DNA of 64,000 nucleotides from Candidatus Fimenecus sp. GTDB taxonomy: Bacteria; Bacillota; Clostridia; Oscillospirales; Acutalibacteraceae. A program made the translations under genes and the position numbers. This document shows, one piece after another, positions 37,600 to 47,026 of the stretch. The notes beneath the pieces are model-generated. The model was not told the DNA's origin. It ran no database searches and saw only the letters and a list, made by a program, of their open reading frames with translations. Every line of letters begins with the position of its first letter. The first letter of the stretch is position 1. The stretch is taken from NCBI GenBank assembly GCA_045578245.1, contig JAZNJX010000098.1:1188-65187 (forward strand), written 5' to 3'.

Positions 37600-37777
37600 A
37601 ACCTATTGTGACATCTGCGGTAAGCAGATAAATATGAAAGATGATGGCGTAACGGTCAGCTTCAAAACAGACAGCATGCATAATCATAATTTAGTTTATG
37701 AGGACAAGCAGTTGTGTGTTACCTGCACACAGAAGGTAAAAGTCTTTATCCGCGATTCGGCGGAAAACCATAAATAA
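37583..37777 (+). CDS. small zinc-ribbon hypothetical protein
   Basis: CDICGKQI...CVTC. Confidence 0.5.
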   Translation: MTTMIKTYCDICGKQINMKDDGVTVSFKTDSMHNHNLVYEDKQLCVTCTQKVKVFIRDSAENHK

Positions 37778-37961
37778 AAAAGACGGTGGAGCTCAAATGA
37801 ACTTCACCGTCAAGAGTACATTATATATGCACTTTTTCTAACAGCAATAGTATATCATAATGTACTTCAAAAGTCAATCGAAACGGGGACGGAAGGAGTC
37901 CCTTGACGGCCTCGTATTGTATAGTAACAACTCAACCATTTTTATATTAGGAGTACATGAA

Positions 37962-38369
37962 ATGAATTCTTTTGAAAATAGTCAGGTCAAAGTCATGTCA
38001 GGGGGATTTATATCTACCTTACAGAGTGTAAAGGAACAAATTAATTTCAAATACTTGGTGAGAGAATTTGAAAAAGACGAAATAAAACAGATAATCGAGT
38101 TCTGCAATATTATGGCAGATGTTCTTACTCTTCCACCCAAAGCTCTGATAGTTATTGGCAAAGAGCAAAGGTATGCAGCAAATGTTCAGGAAGTTTATAA
38201 ACTGCTTGATGAAAGACATATTGAAACAGTGCTTGAGAATTTCAACAACATAGCATATAAAATCAAAAACCCAAAAACATATCTCCGCACTGCATTGTAT
38301 AATTCATTCTTTGAGATTGAAAACAAAAGTGCAAATGAAACAAACGTGAGGATTGCAGAAAATGATTAA
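37962..38369 (+). CDS. hypothetical protein (possible replication accessory protein)
   Basis: ATG 37962 follows AGGAG. The C-terminal IKNPKTYLRTALYNSF resembles DnaD-like C-terminal motifs (weak). Confidence 0.45.
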   Translation: MNSFENSQVKVMSGGFISTLQSVKEQINFKYLVREFEKDEIKQIIEFCNIMADVLTLPPKALIVIGKEQRYAANVQEVYKLLDERHIETVLENFNNIAYKIKNPKTYLRTALYNSFFEIENKSANETNVRIAEND

Positions 38370-39273
38370 AGAGAAAATCACCAAAGCCGGTAAGCTTTTA
38401 AATACAGACTTTTATCCTTGTTTTGATAACGGCCGAAAAATACCAACAGGACCTGCTAAAGCTCAAGGTTCAACCGAGGCACAGAAAAAATATAACGATA
38501 ACCAAGCACAAAAGAATGCAATTTATCTTATAAACGAGAACTTTGACGAACACGACCTTATCGGGCATCTTACCTATGCTCCTGAGCATGCTCCACAGAG
38601 TGAAAATGAAGCAAGACGTGACATGGTTAACGCTCTTCGCAGAATCAAAAGGATGCGCGAAAGAGAATCAATCAAAGTCGTTGCTGCCTTGAAGAAACTT
38701 CCTGATGTAGAAGAATTTACAGAGATGAGAAAAAAACTTGAACTTAAAAGAGAAAAACTCTCTGCACCGTTTAAGTACATGTACGTTATTGAAAAGGTTA
38801 CATATCAACGTGGCCCATTCAAGGGTAATGATAACTGGCATTTTCATATCTTCATGACAGGTGGATTGGAGCGTTCAGAAGTTGAGACAATATGGAAAAA
38901 AGGCATCCGTTCAAATGTTGACCAATTCCAGCCTGACAGATTCGGTCCAGAAGCTATGGCTAAGTATATGGCAAAAGACCCACAGGGAACAAAGCGTTTT
39001 GTGTGTTCTCGTAATATGAGTCGTACATATAAGCAACCAAAAGTCAAAAACGCAAGATTTTCAGCGGGATACCTTGCAAAACTCTCACAAGAGAGATGTG
39101 ATGATAAGCAGTATTGGGAGAAGAAATATCCCGGATACAACTTCGTTCGTGCGTTTCCACGTTTCAACGAGTATAACGGTCATTGGTATTTGACTGTGGT
39201 GATGTATGCTGCAGGTGATGGTCCTGTTCCGAAGTGGGATATGGATAACTGGGTCAATGATGACTGGGAGTAA
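38353..39273 (+). CDS. HUH-superfamily rolling-circle replication initiator (Rep)-like protein
   Basis: Three ordered motifs: GHLTYA (motif 1), NWHFHIFMTG (HUH) and AMAKYMAKD (catalytic Y..K). Confidence 0.5.
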   Translation: MQKMIKEKITKAGKLLNTDFYPCFDNGRKIPTGPAKAQGSTEAQKKYNDNQAQKNAIYLINENFDEHDLIGHLTYAPEHAPQSENEARRDMVNALRRIKRMRERESIKVVAALKKLPDVEEFTEMRKKLELKREKLSAPFKYMYVIEKVTYQRGPFKGNDNWHFHIFMTGGLERSEVETIWKKGIRSNVDQFQPDRFGPEAMAKYMAKDPQGTKRFVCSRNMSRTYKQPKVKNARFSAGYLAKLSQERCDDKQYWEKKYPGYNFVRAFPRFNEYNGHWYLTVVMYAAGDGPVPKWDMDNWVNDDWE

Positions 39274-39309
39274 TAATTTATAACAATTCAGCGGAAAGGT
39301 TAAAGCATT

Positions 39310-39480
39310 ATGTTTGAAGAAGATTTGAAAGTTTTAGAAAATCAAATAGCAAGAGCTAAAAGGCAACTGAAAGGTAAGGCAAATACCATTGAGGGGTATT
39401 ATCTTGCGCGAAAAATTCAAATCTTTGAAGAAATGCGTATTGACCTTCTAATTCAGATTGAGCACGCACGGGAGGATTGA
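39310..39480 (+). CDS. small hypothetical coiled-coil protein (56 aa, below the ORF-track cutoff)
   Basis: Hand translation MFEEDLKVLENQIARAKRQLKGKANTIEGYYLARKIQIFEEMRIDLLIQIEHARED; RBS GGAAAGG. Confidence 0.4.
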   Translation: MFEEDLKVLENQIARAKRQLKGKANTIEGYYLARKIQIFEEMRIDLLIQIEHARED

Positions 39481-39485
39481 TATAG

Positions 39486-39878
39486 TTGACTTTAGAAAGA
39501 CTTAACAAACTGCGTGATGAACTAATTGCGTTGAGAAATGAAAAAGAAGAGTGTGAAATAAAAGCGGATAGCATACCAGGAGGACAATTCAACGGTATGC
39601 CTTCCGCTAAAAGTTCTGGTAATAGCAAAGAACAAAGATATATTTCTTTAATTCATGACAAAGAAACAATTCTTGAGGTGAAGTGTAAAAGAATTGAATT
39701 GAAGTACGCTGAAGAAATTAAGTACATAGCAAACATAAACGATGAAACATTACACAGAATTTTCATGTATCGCTTCCTTTATGGATGGGAATATAAAAGA
39801 GTAGCAGAAAAGATAAGTGAAAAAATGTCAGCGGATAGTGTCAGGATGCACGTAACAAGATATTTAAAAAATAATTAA
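39486..39878 (+). CDS. late-gene transcriptional regulator, sigma-70 region-4-like (RinA/ArpU/DUF1492 type)
   Basis: C-terminal RIFMYRFLYGWEYKRVAEKISEKMSADSVRMHVTRYLK HTH. Lies immediately upstream of terS. Confidence 0.5.
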   Translation: MTLERLNKLRDELIALRNEKEECEIKADSIPGGQFNGMPSAKSSGNSKEQRYISLIHDKETILEVKCKRIELKYAEEIKYIANINDETLHRIFMYRFLYGWEYKRVAEKISEKMSADSVRMHVTRYLKNN

Positions 39879-39884
39879 TAATTG

Positions 39885-39913
39885 TTGCTGTTCGGTCATT
39901 TATCTGCTATAAT
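39885..39913 (+). promoter_or_regulatory. candidate late promoter
   Basis: TTGCTG, 17 nt, TATAAT. Confidence 0.35.
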
Positions 39914-39945
39914 ATAAAATAGAAGATAAAAAGATATTGATTTTC

Positions 39946-39975
39946 AAGCACTCTGCAAAGGGTGCTTTTATTTTG
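39946..39975 (+). terminator. terminator-like hairpin in the late-operon leader
   Basis: aagcactc tgcaaa gggtgctt followed by ttattttg; 22 nt upstream of the terS start. Confidence 0.45.
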
Positions 39976-39996
39976 CAAAAAAAGGAGGGAATATCC

Positions 39997-40479
39997 GTGA
40001 GTGATGAAAAGGAAAAGAAGTTAACACCCCAACAAGATAGATTTTGTCGTGAATATGTTTTGAATGGTGGTAAACAAAAACAAGCAGCAATTAGTGCCGG
40101 ATATTCCAAAAAGACTGCAAGTGCACAGGCATCGAGGCTGTTAACAAATGTTAACATTCTCTCGCGCGTACACGCGATACAGATTGAAGAGTTAAAAAAA
40201 GCCTCCATTACACCTGAATTTGTTATGTTGCAGTATTTAAAAGTTTATAATCGTTGTATGCAGAATGAACCTGTTACGGAGTGGGATTATAGCGAGCATA
40301 AACTTGTTGAAACAGGTGAATATACTTTTAATTCAAAGGGTGCTAACGATGCTCTTAAGCAAATGGGTGAATATCTCGCTATGTTTACAAAGAATGTTAA
40401 CCACAGTGGACAAGTTGAAGCAAGTCCTGAATTGGTAGCAATTTTACAACAGTTACAAGCTCGGAATGATGCTAAATGA
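39997..40479 (+). CDS. terminase small subunit (Terminase_2/P27 family)
   Basis: LTPQQDRFCREYVLNGGKQKQAAISAGYSKKTASAQASRLL. GTG 39997 follows AAGGAGGG. Confidence 0.85.
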   Translation: MSDEKEKKLTPQQDRFCREYVLNGGKQKQAAISAGYSKKTASAQASRLLTNVNILSRVHAIQIEELKKASITPEFVMLQYLKVYNRCMQNEPVTEWDYSEHKLVETGEYTFNSKGANDALKQMGEYLAMFTKNVNHSGQVEASPELVAILQQLQARNDAK

Positions 40480-41801
40480 TATTAAGTGATAAATATTTAG
40501 ACTTTTTGCAATCGAATGCAAAGGTTGAAGTGCTTGAAGGAACGACATTTGCCGGTAAAACAACGGTGGGTGTCGTTAAATTTATGCTTCGGATTGCTCA
40601 AAGTAATAAAAGATTCCATGTCTTGTCTGCATTGGACCTGGGAACTCTCGAAAAGAATATTATAAATGCAGAACTCGGAATCCTTGATGTTTTTAAAAGC
40701 AATGTTGATTATAGGTCAAATGGTGATGGCGAAATCACTCTTCCTCACATAAAGTACAGCACACCTAATGGAACAAAGATTATATATACCCTTGGATACG
40801 ACAACAAAGCCCGATGGAAAAAAGCTCTTGGTGGTCAGTATGGTTGTGTTTATATTGACGAAGCTAACATTGCTGATATGGAATTCATCAGAGAAGTGTC
40901 TATCAGATATGATTATATGATGATGACACTGAACCCTGATGACCCGTCATTACCGATATATGAAGAATACATAAATCACTGCAGACCCTTGCCTGAATGG
41001 AGAGACGGCACACCACCCGAAATGCTTGAACAACTTAAAGAAGATGTGAGAGAAGGCTGGGTGCATTGGTATTTTACATTTGATGATAATGCAGGTCTGA
41101 CACCTGAAAAGAGAGAACAACTCCTCAGCGGTACTCCCAAAGGAACAAAGCTTTACAAAAACAAGATTTTAGGACTTCGTGGCCGTGCAACCGGTCTTGT
41201 ATTTGACCTGCAGGATAAAAACATTATCAGCATTGATGAAGCTAAAAAGTACAAGTATTCTATATTTTCCTGTGGTGTGGATACTTCATATTCACAGCAA
41301 AGTGAAGATACATTTGCGTTTATATTTACTGGAATCACTGAAGACAGAAGGAAAATCACACTCGATTGTGAAGTGCACAACAATAAAACAAGAAAAACAC
41401 CATTAACTCCAAGTGATATCCCAAAATTATTGGTTCATTTCCTTGAAAGAAATAATGAGTTGTGGGGCTTTGCAAAGAATGTTTTTATAGATTCAGCGGA
41501 CCAAGGCACGATTTTGGAATGTCAGAAGTATAAAAGGCAACATGGTTTGATTTACAGTTTTAATCCTGCATGGAAAAAGACTACCATTATCAACAGAATT
41601 AAACTACAAAGTGGTTGGATGGCTCACAATGATTATCTTATAGTTGAGAACTGTAAGGCAAACATTGATGAGCTTAATTTATATTCTTGGAAAGAGGATA
41701 AGAACGAGCCAGAGGATGGCCACGACCACACAATAAATGCTGACCAATATTCCTGGTTGCCGTATAAAGATAAAATCGGAGGAACTGAAATATATGAGTA
41801 A
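40476..41801 (+). CDS. terminase large subunit
   Basis: 441 aa. Walker A GTTFAGKTT and Walker B VYIDEA; position after terS. Confidence 0.85.
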   Translation: MILSDKYLDFLQSNAKVEVLEGTTFAGKTTVGVVKFMLRIAQSNKRFHVLSALDLGTLEKNIINAELGILDVFKSNVDYRSNGDGEITLPHIKYSTPNGTKIIYTLGYDNKARWKKALGGQYGCVYIDEANIADMEFIREVSIRYDYMMMTLNPDDPSLPIYEEYINHCRPLPEWRDGTPPEMLEQLKEDVREGWVHWYFTFDDNAGLTPEKREQLLSGTPKGTKLYKNKILGLRGRATGLVFDLQDKNIISIDEAKKYKYSIFSCGVDTSYSQQSEDTFAFIFTGITEDRRKITLDCEVHNNKTRKTPLTPSDIPKLLVHFLERNNELWGFAKNVFIDSADQGTILECQKYKRQHGLIYSFNPAWKKTTIINRIKLQSGWMAHNDYLIVENCKANIDELNLYSWKEDKNEPEDGHDHTINADQYSWLPYKDKIGGTEIYE

Positions 41802-43281
41802 GATAGGAGATAAGGTTAAGAAGATGATTGTGAACTGGTTAAACATACAACCTGCACCAATACAAACAGTAACATTACTGGAACGAGTGCCGTTTGAATT
41901 AAGAGTAATTGAAAATCAAATATGGTACAGAGGCGAAGCTACGGAATTAGACCAATTCTACAAGCAAACAAAAAATGATATTGTAACAGGTTCTCGTTTT
42001 TGGGGAGCAACGGTAAGCCAAAGTACTCGAAAGATACACACAGGACTACCTGCGATGATTGTTGATTCATTGGCTTATCTTGTAAAAACTGATATGGATA
42101 AGGTCAAATTCAAGAACAAAAACGGTGAAGAAAAGTGGAATACAATATGCAAGAACAAACATTTTGATTTTACTGATATTGTTGGCGCCGGTGTTGTTGG
42201 TGCGTTATATTCAGGCGATGGTGCTTGGAAAATATCTGCAAACAAGGAAGTTTGTGATGTGCCGATTGTCGAATTCTATTCAGCGGACCGTGTAGAGTAT
42301 GAAATCAAGCATGGCATTATATGTGGAATTGACTTTATAACAGATGTGCCCCATAAAAGAAAGGTACTTAAACTCAAAGAAAAATACCGTAATGGCTATG
42401 TATCTTATGAGCTTTACGATAACGATAGACTTCTTGGTGAACAGGAACTTCAAGAGATAACGGGACTTAATAATGTTTCCTATGAGGAAAAAAGCAAGTT
42501 TAGCATGGCCGTGCCATTTAAAATATACAATAATCCAAAGTATAAAAATCGCGGAAAAAGTATTTTTGAAGATAAGCTTGATGATTTTGATGCGTTTGAT
42601 GAGATTGTTTCTCAATGGTTACAAGCATACAGAATGGGAAGAGCCCAAAAGTATATTCCTGATAATCTTATAGCTCGAAATAAATTTGATGGTACTCTGA
42701 AACAACATAATCCTTTTGACAATGAATATGTGACTGTTGATGAAGCAATAAATGAAATGGGCGTTAAAGAAAGTCAGATTCAAGTAGTACAGCCTGAAAT
42801 TCGTTATGAAGCATTTCTTGAAGGATACAAGTATTATCTTGATTTGTGCTTGCAGGGCATTATATCTCCTGCAACATTAGGCATTGACCTTGGAAAAATG
42901 TCTTCAGCGGATGCACAACGCGAAAAGAAGGATGTTACAGGAGTTACAAGAAACACCATAACTGAAAGGCTTGAGAAGGTTCTGCCAGACCTTATTTGTG
43001 CTATTTTAAATACATACGACATTATGCAGAACAATGCAGTTGAAGACTATGAACCGGAAGTGTCTTTTGGTGAATATGGTGCTCCTGACTTCGATAGCCG
43101 TGTGGAAACTGTAGGTAAAGCAGCAACAAACAACACAATGTCTATCGAAACACAGGTAAGGGAACTCTGGGGTTCAAGCAAGGATGAAGAATGGATTCAA
43201 AAAGAAGTCCAGCGAATAAAGAATGAAAGAGGTATTGAAACTGTTGATGAGCCGAAAGTAGGCGAGGATTTTGACATCTAA
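41794..43281 (+). CDS. portal protein (SPP1 gp6-like)
   Basis: About 495 aa, directly after terL and before a gp7-family gene. Confidence 0.75.
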   Translation: MSKIGDKVKKMIVNWLNIQPAPIQTVTLLERVPFELRVIENQIWYRGEATELDQFYKQTKNDIVTGSRFWGATVSQSTRKIHTGLPAMIVDSLAYLVKTDMDKVKFKNKNGEEKWNTICKNKHFDFTDIVGAGVVGALYSGDGAWKISANKEVCDVPIVEFYSADRVEYEIKHGIICGIDFITDVPHKRKVLKLKEKYRNGYVSYELYDNDRLLGEQELQEITGLNNVSYEEKSKFSMAVPFKIYNNPKYKNRGKSIFEDKLDDFDAFDEIVSQWLQAYRMGRAQKYIPDNLIARNKFDGTLKQHNPFDNEYVTVDEAINEMGVKESQIQVVQPEIRYEAFLEGYKYYLDLCLQGIISPATLGIDLGKMSSADAQREKKDVTGVTRNTITERLEKVLPDLICAILNTYDIMQNNAVEDYEPEVSFGEYGAPDFDSRVETVGKAATNNTMSIETQVRELWGSSKDEEWIQKEVQRIKNERGIETVDEPKVGEDFDI

Positions 43282-45148
43282 AGAACTTGCTGAAATCTTT
43301 GAAAAGATAGAATTAGAGATAATATCGTCCTTAAAAAGGAACTTAAAGAAACACCAAGAATGGGAAAAGGACCTTGATATTGAGTGGACTGCTTGGCAGG
43401 CATTAAAAATTAAAGGTATTGAGAGATTCCGAAAAGAAAACAGTGAAATTCTTTCACAATACACAGACCTTATATCAGCGGAAACCCGTAAGATGATTGA
43501 AGAACAGTTTGATGAAGGTGAAGACCTTGAAGCAGAACAGTTATCAGAATACGGTTTTACTGAAACAACAAACGATAATTTCTTTGAAATCTTTGATGAG
43601 AAGATTGAAAGTATTATTGAAGAAATACAGGGTAAAGAAACAACAGCGGAAAAAGCTGCTTTGCGAATGATGGATGATGTTTACCGTCAGACTCTCTTAA
43701 AAGCTGAAACTGCAGTTGCAACAGGCTCACAGACTATACCAAAGGCAATTGAGGAAGCAGTAAGAGAATTTGCAAAGAAGGGTATAAACTGTATTGAGTA
43801 CCGTGACGGCCGTAGAGTGAATATTGCTGATTATGTTTATATGGCTCTTCGTACTGCTAACACCAGAGCAAACTTATTAGGTCAAGCAAAGCAAAGAATG
43901 GCATTGGGAATTGACACCGTGCGTGTAAGCTCCTATAATGCGTGTTCTGAAACTTGCTTACCTTGGCAGGGTGGAATCTATATTGATGATGTTTTTGCTA
44001 CATTTGATGGTGAAATCAGCGGTGATAAGGGTAAAAGTAACAATGGCAAGTGGTACACTCTTCTGTCAGTCGCAGTCAGGGCAGGGCTGTTTCATCCAAA
44101 TTGCCGTCATAGTCTTACTACATACACCGGGAACGGCAAGGACTCTCCAATTGTTGATGAAGAAAAAGCAAGAGAGAATTATAAACTCGAACAGCAGCAG
44201 AGAACGTTAGAACGAAAACTGCGTTATTGGAAGCGCCGTCTTGAAGCAGAGAGCGACCCTGTATTAAAAGAAGGCTTGAAAAATCAAGTTAAAAAGGCTC
44301 GTGATAATCTTAAAAGCTTTGTTGATGAGCACAAGGAAGTTCTTCGCCGTGACCCATGGAGAGAAAAGACATACGATACTCCTGAAAGCACACGGAAACG
44401 GAATCCTAACGAAAAGCAATTTTTACGGTATCGTGAAAGACTTGGAGAAAAAGTTCCTCAAACACTTGCTGAATTTGAAAAGATTAAATATGGCAGTAAT
44501 GAAGAGTGGATTAAACTTCAAACGGAATATAGATATAAGGGTGTTGTGGACCGCCTTTTAGCTAAAAATCCAAATCTCAAAGTATTCTCAAAGGCTTCAG
44601 AAATACCTGACGAGTATAATAAAGCGGCAAGATTACTTACTTATAATCAAAGAGATGGTATTTATCATTATACGCACTATGAAGAGGGTATAAGGATGAA
44701 TAAATATCTTGGTGGTGACCCTGAAACTGTATTGTCAGCGGATGAGATGAGAAATCTTCAAAATACGCAAGATGCATTGGAAAATAGTTCGTTACCTTAT
44801 GACACAGTCCTTTGGCGAGGAACAGAAGCATGGTTGCTTGATGGTTTTGATGATTTGCCACATTCCATAAAGGATTGGAAAAAGGGACGATTATCGTATA
44901 AGGGATTTTCTTCAACAAGTATTATTAGAGATGCATCCTATATCAATTTATCAGACAAGGATGTACAACTTATATTAGTTAAAAAAGGAAATCAAAATGG
45001 AGCGGCTTATGTAGAAAAAATTTCATATAATTATTTCAATAATCTTAAATCAGAGCAAGAAGTACTATTGCAAAATCATGTAGAATTGAGTATAATAGAA
45101 GCACAGAGATTTAAAGGTAAAACAATAATTGTAGCGGAGGTGTTATAA
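43271..45148 (+). CDS. head morphogenesis protein (SPP1 gp7/Mu F family) fused to a C-terminal C3-like ADP-ribosyltransferase domain
   Basis: gp7-type region (LRTANTRANLLGQAK...HPNCRHSL). The C-terminal ~190 aa carry the R-S-E triad: VLWRGT, GFSSTS and SEQEVLL. Confidence 0.75.
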   Translation: MTSKELAEIFEKIELEIISSLKRNLKKHQEWEKDLDIEWTAWQALKIKGIERFRKENSEILSQYTDLISAETRKMIEEQFDEGEDLEAEQLSEYGFTETTNDNFFEIFDEKIESIIEEIQGKETTAEKAALRMMDDVYRQTLLKAETAVATGSQTIPKAIEEAVREFAKKGINCIEYRDGRRVNIADYVYMALRTANTRANLLGQAKQRMALGIDTVRVSSYNACSETCLPWQGGIYIDDVFATFDGEISGDKGKSNNGKWYTLLSVAVRAGLFHPNCRHSLTTYTGNGKDSPIVDEEKARENYKLEQQQRTLERKLRYWKRRLEAESDPVLKEGLKNQVKKARDNLKSFVDEHKEVLRRDPWREKTYDTPESTRKRNPNEKQFLRYRERLGEKVPQTLAEFEKIKYGSNEEWIKLQTEYRYKGVVDRLLAKNPNLKVFSKASEIPDEYNKAARLLTYNQRDGIYHYTHYEEGIRMNKYLGGDPETVLSADEMRNLQNTQDALENSSLPYDTVLWRGTEAWLLDGFDDLPHSIKDWKKGRLSYKGFSSTSIIRDASYINLSDKDVQLILVKKGNQNGAAYVEKISYNYFNNLKSEQEVLLQNHVELSIIEAQRFKGKTIIVAEVL

Positions 45149-45432
45149 TGGCAATTTTTAGCGAAGAAAAAATGAACCGATATAGAAAAGCGTGTGATAA
45201 GGCTAAAAGCCATTTAGAAGCTCCAATGCTGGGTGAAGTTTTAACACCTTTGTGTAAATCTTGTAAGCATATTGATATGAAATATGGAACATGGGATGAA
45301 CCTGTGTGTGATATTTATGGTGAAAATCCATCATATTTAGATTGCCACCATTTTGATTGCCCGCATTATGACCAAATTCCTAACATTGATGATGCATACT
45401 TACCGCAACACATGAGAAAAAAGAATAAATAA
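45148..45432 (+). CDS. Cys/His-rich hypothetical protein translationally coupled to the gp7-ART gene
   Basis: 94 aa. CKSCKH...CDIYG...CHHFDCPHY. The ATG overlaps the upstream TAA. Confidence 0.55.
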   Translation: MAIFSEEKMNRYRKACDKAKSHLEAPMLGEVLTPLCKSCKHIDMKYGTWDEPVCDIYGENPSYLDCHHFDCPHYDQIPNIDDAYLPQHMRKKNK

Positions 45433-45438
45433 CTTTTA

Positions 45439-45466
45439 AGCACTTGCTTTTGCAGGTGCTTTTTTA
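45439..45466 (+). terminator. rho-independent terminator (first of a tandem pair)
   Basis: agcacttgc tttt gcaggtgct followed by TTTTT. Confidence 0.65.
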
Positions 45467-45485
45467 ATGCTTATTTACTGATTCA

Positions 45486-45514
45486 AGCACTTATCGGAAG
45501 GTAGGTGCTTTTTT
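45486..45514 (+). terminator. rho-independent terminator (second of a tandem pair)
   Basis: agcactta tcggaagg taggtgct followed by TTTTT. Confidence 0.6.
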
Positions 45515-45545
45515 CATACCCAATTTTAAGAAAGGAGGCATTATA

Positions 45546-46115
45546 ATGCCAGGCGATGAGAAAAAGAAGCCCGAAGAACAGCAGGATAATAATGAGCCTG
45601 AAAAGAAACAGGACGGTGTAAATCCTACTGATACGGACACAAAGTCAGAAGACAAACCAGAGGATAAGCCTGCAGGTGATGATGGCAAGAAGGAAGAACC
45701 TGAAAAGAAAGAGGAAAAACCTACCGAAGAGCCATCGGACAAAGAGCAAGGTGATGAAAACGGTGAGGGTGCAGATGCACCACCAGCTGATACTACACCT
45801 GTGGCAAACGACAAACCTGCGGTAGATTCAGTCAATTTGGAATTACTCAATACAAAGGCACAGCTTGCAGCTATTAAAAGTGGCATTCGTGTTGATGTGG
45901 TTGAGGATGCAGTTTGTCTTGCAATGCACGACGCTAAAAAGAACGGTGAATTAACCGAAGAAAGCGTTGCAGAAGCTCTTTCGGGAGTGTTGAGCCGACA
46001 TCCCGAATGGAAAAACGCACCTGAGAACACAAACAATTTCCGTGTAGGTGCAGATGGCTCAAGAGAAAGTCAGTCTTCTAATGAAGATATTTCAAGAATT
46101 TTTGGCAATGTATAA
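45546..46115 (+). CDS. scaffolding protein
   Basis: 189 aa, acidic E/K/P-rich N-terminus, immediately upstream of the capsid gene. Confidence 0.65.
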   Translation: MPGDEKKKPEEQQDNNEPEKKQDGVNPTDTDTKSEDKPEDKPAGDDGKKEEPEKKEEKPTEEPSDKEQGDENGEGADAPPADTTPVANDKPAVDSVNLELLNTKAQLAAIKSGIRVDVVEDAVCLAMHDAKKNGELTEESVAEALSGVLSRHPEWKNAPENTNNFRVGADGSRESQSSNEDISRIFGNV

Positions 46116-46128
46116 GGAGGAATAAACT

Positions 46129-47013
46129 ATGCCAGGAAACACAGTAAACTATGCTATTCAGTTTGCACCTGATATTATGCAGAAGTACACTCGTGAACTT
46201 CTCTCATCAGACCTTACAACACAGAACATCAATTTTGTTCGTGCAAACGAAATTAAAATTCCATTTGTAACAATGTCTGGTTACAAGGACCACAGCAGAA
46301 ATGGCGGTTTCAACGAAGGTACAGTTGAAAACGACAATATGACAAAGAAACTCGGTTTTGACCGTGATATTGAATTCTTTGTTGATTCAATGGATGTGGA
46401 TGAGACAAATTACGCACTTTCAGCGGCAAACATCACAAACACATTCATTACAGAAAAAGCAATTCCTGAAACAGACTGTTATCGTTTCTCAAAACTTTAT
46501 ACAGATTTGGTAACTCTCGGCGGAATTGCTTCACAGGAGGCTGTTACAGCAGCAAACATTCTTGATTGGCTTGATACCATGATGGAAGAAATGGATGACG
46601 ACGAGGTTCCAGCAGAAGGCAGAATCTTATATCTCATCCCAAGCAGATACAAACTCATCAAACAGGCAGAAAAAATTCTTCGTAACCTTGATGTTACAAG
46701 AAGTGCAACCGTAAATCGTAACATCACAAATCTTGATGATGTTATTATCAAGAAAATTCCAAGTGCAAGAATGAAAACTGCTTATAACTTTACTGATGGC
46801 TATGCTCCTGCAACAACTGCAAAGCAGATGGATATGATTCTCGTTCATCCAAAATCAGTCCTTGCAACTGATAAGCATGCTTATATCAAGCTTTGGGCTC
46901 CAGGTACACATACAAAGGGCGATGGTTATCTTTATCAGAACCGTAAATACGGTGACTTGTTCGTTGTTGATAACCGTATGGAAGGTATCAAAATCAATCT
47001 TTCAGCAGAATAA
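46129..47013 (+). CDS. major capsid protein
   Basis: 294 aa with a strong RBS AAGGAGG; position after the scaffold gene. Confidence 0.7.
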   Translation: MPGNTVNYAIQFAPDIMQKYTRELLSSDLTTQNINFVRANEIKIPFVTMSGYKDHSRNGGFNEGTVENDNMTKKLGFDRDIEFFVDSMDVDETNYALSAANITNTFITEKAIPETDCYRFSKLYTDLVTLGGIASQEAVTAANILDWLDTMMEEMDDDEVPAEGRILYLIPSRYKLIKQAEKILRNLDVTRSATVNRNITNLDDVIIKKIPSARMKTAYNFTDGYAPATTAKQMDMILVHPKSVLATDKHAYIKLWAPGTHTKGDGYLYQNRKYGDLFVVDNRMEGIKINLSAE

Positions 47014-47026
47014 GGAGGGCTGAATT

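Noticed and set aside
39937-39996. Longer terS ORF starting at ATG 39937
   Set aside because: The extension encodes the terminator-like hairpin. The conserved terS sequence begins after a strong AAGGAGGG RBS at GTG 39997.
45491-46036. 181-aa minus-strand ORF
   Set aside because: It lies entirely antisense to the scaffold gene. Its S/A/G/F-rich low-complexity translation is the mirror of an E/K/P-rich gene, and it has no RBS.
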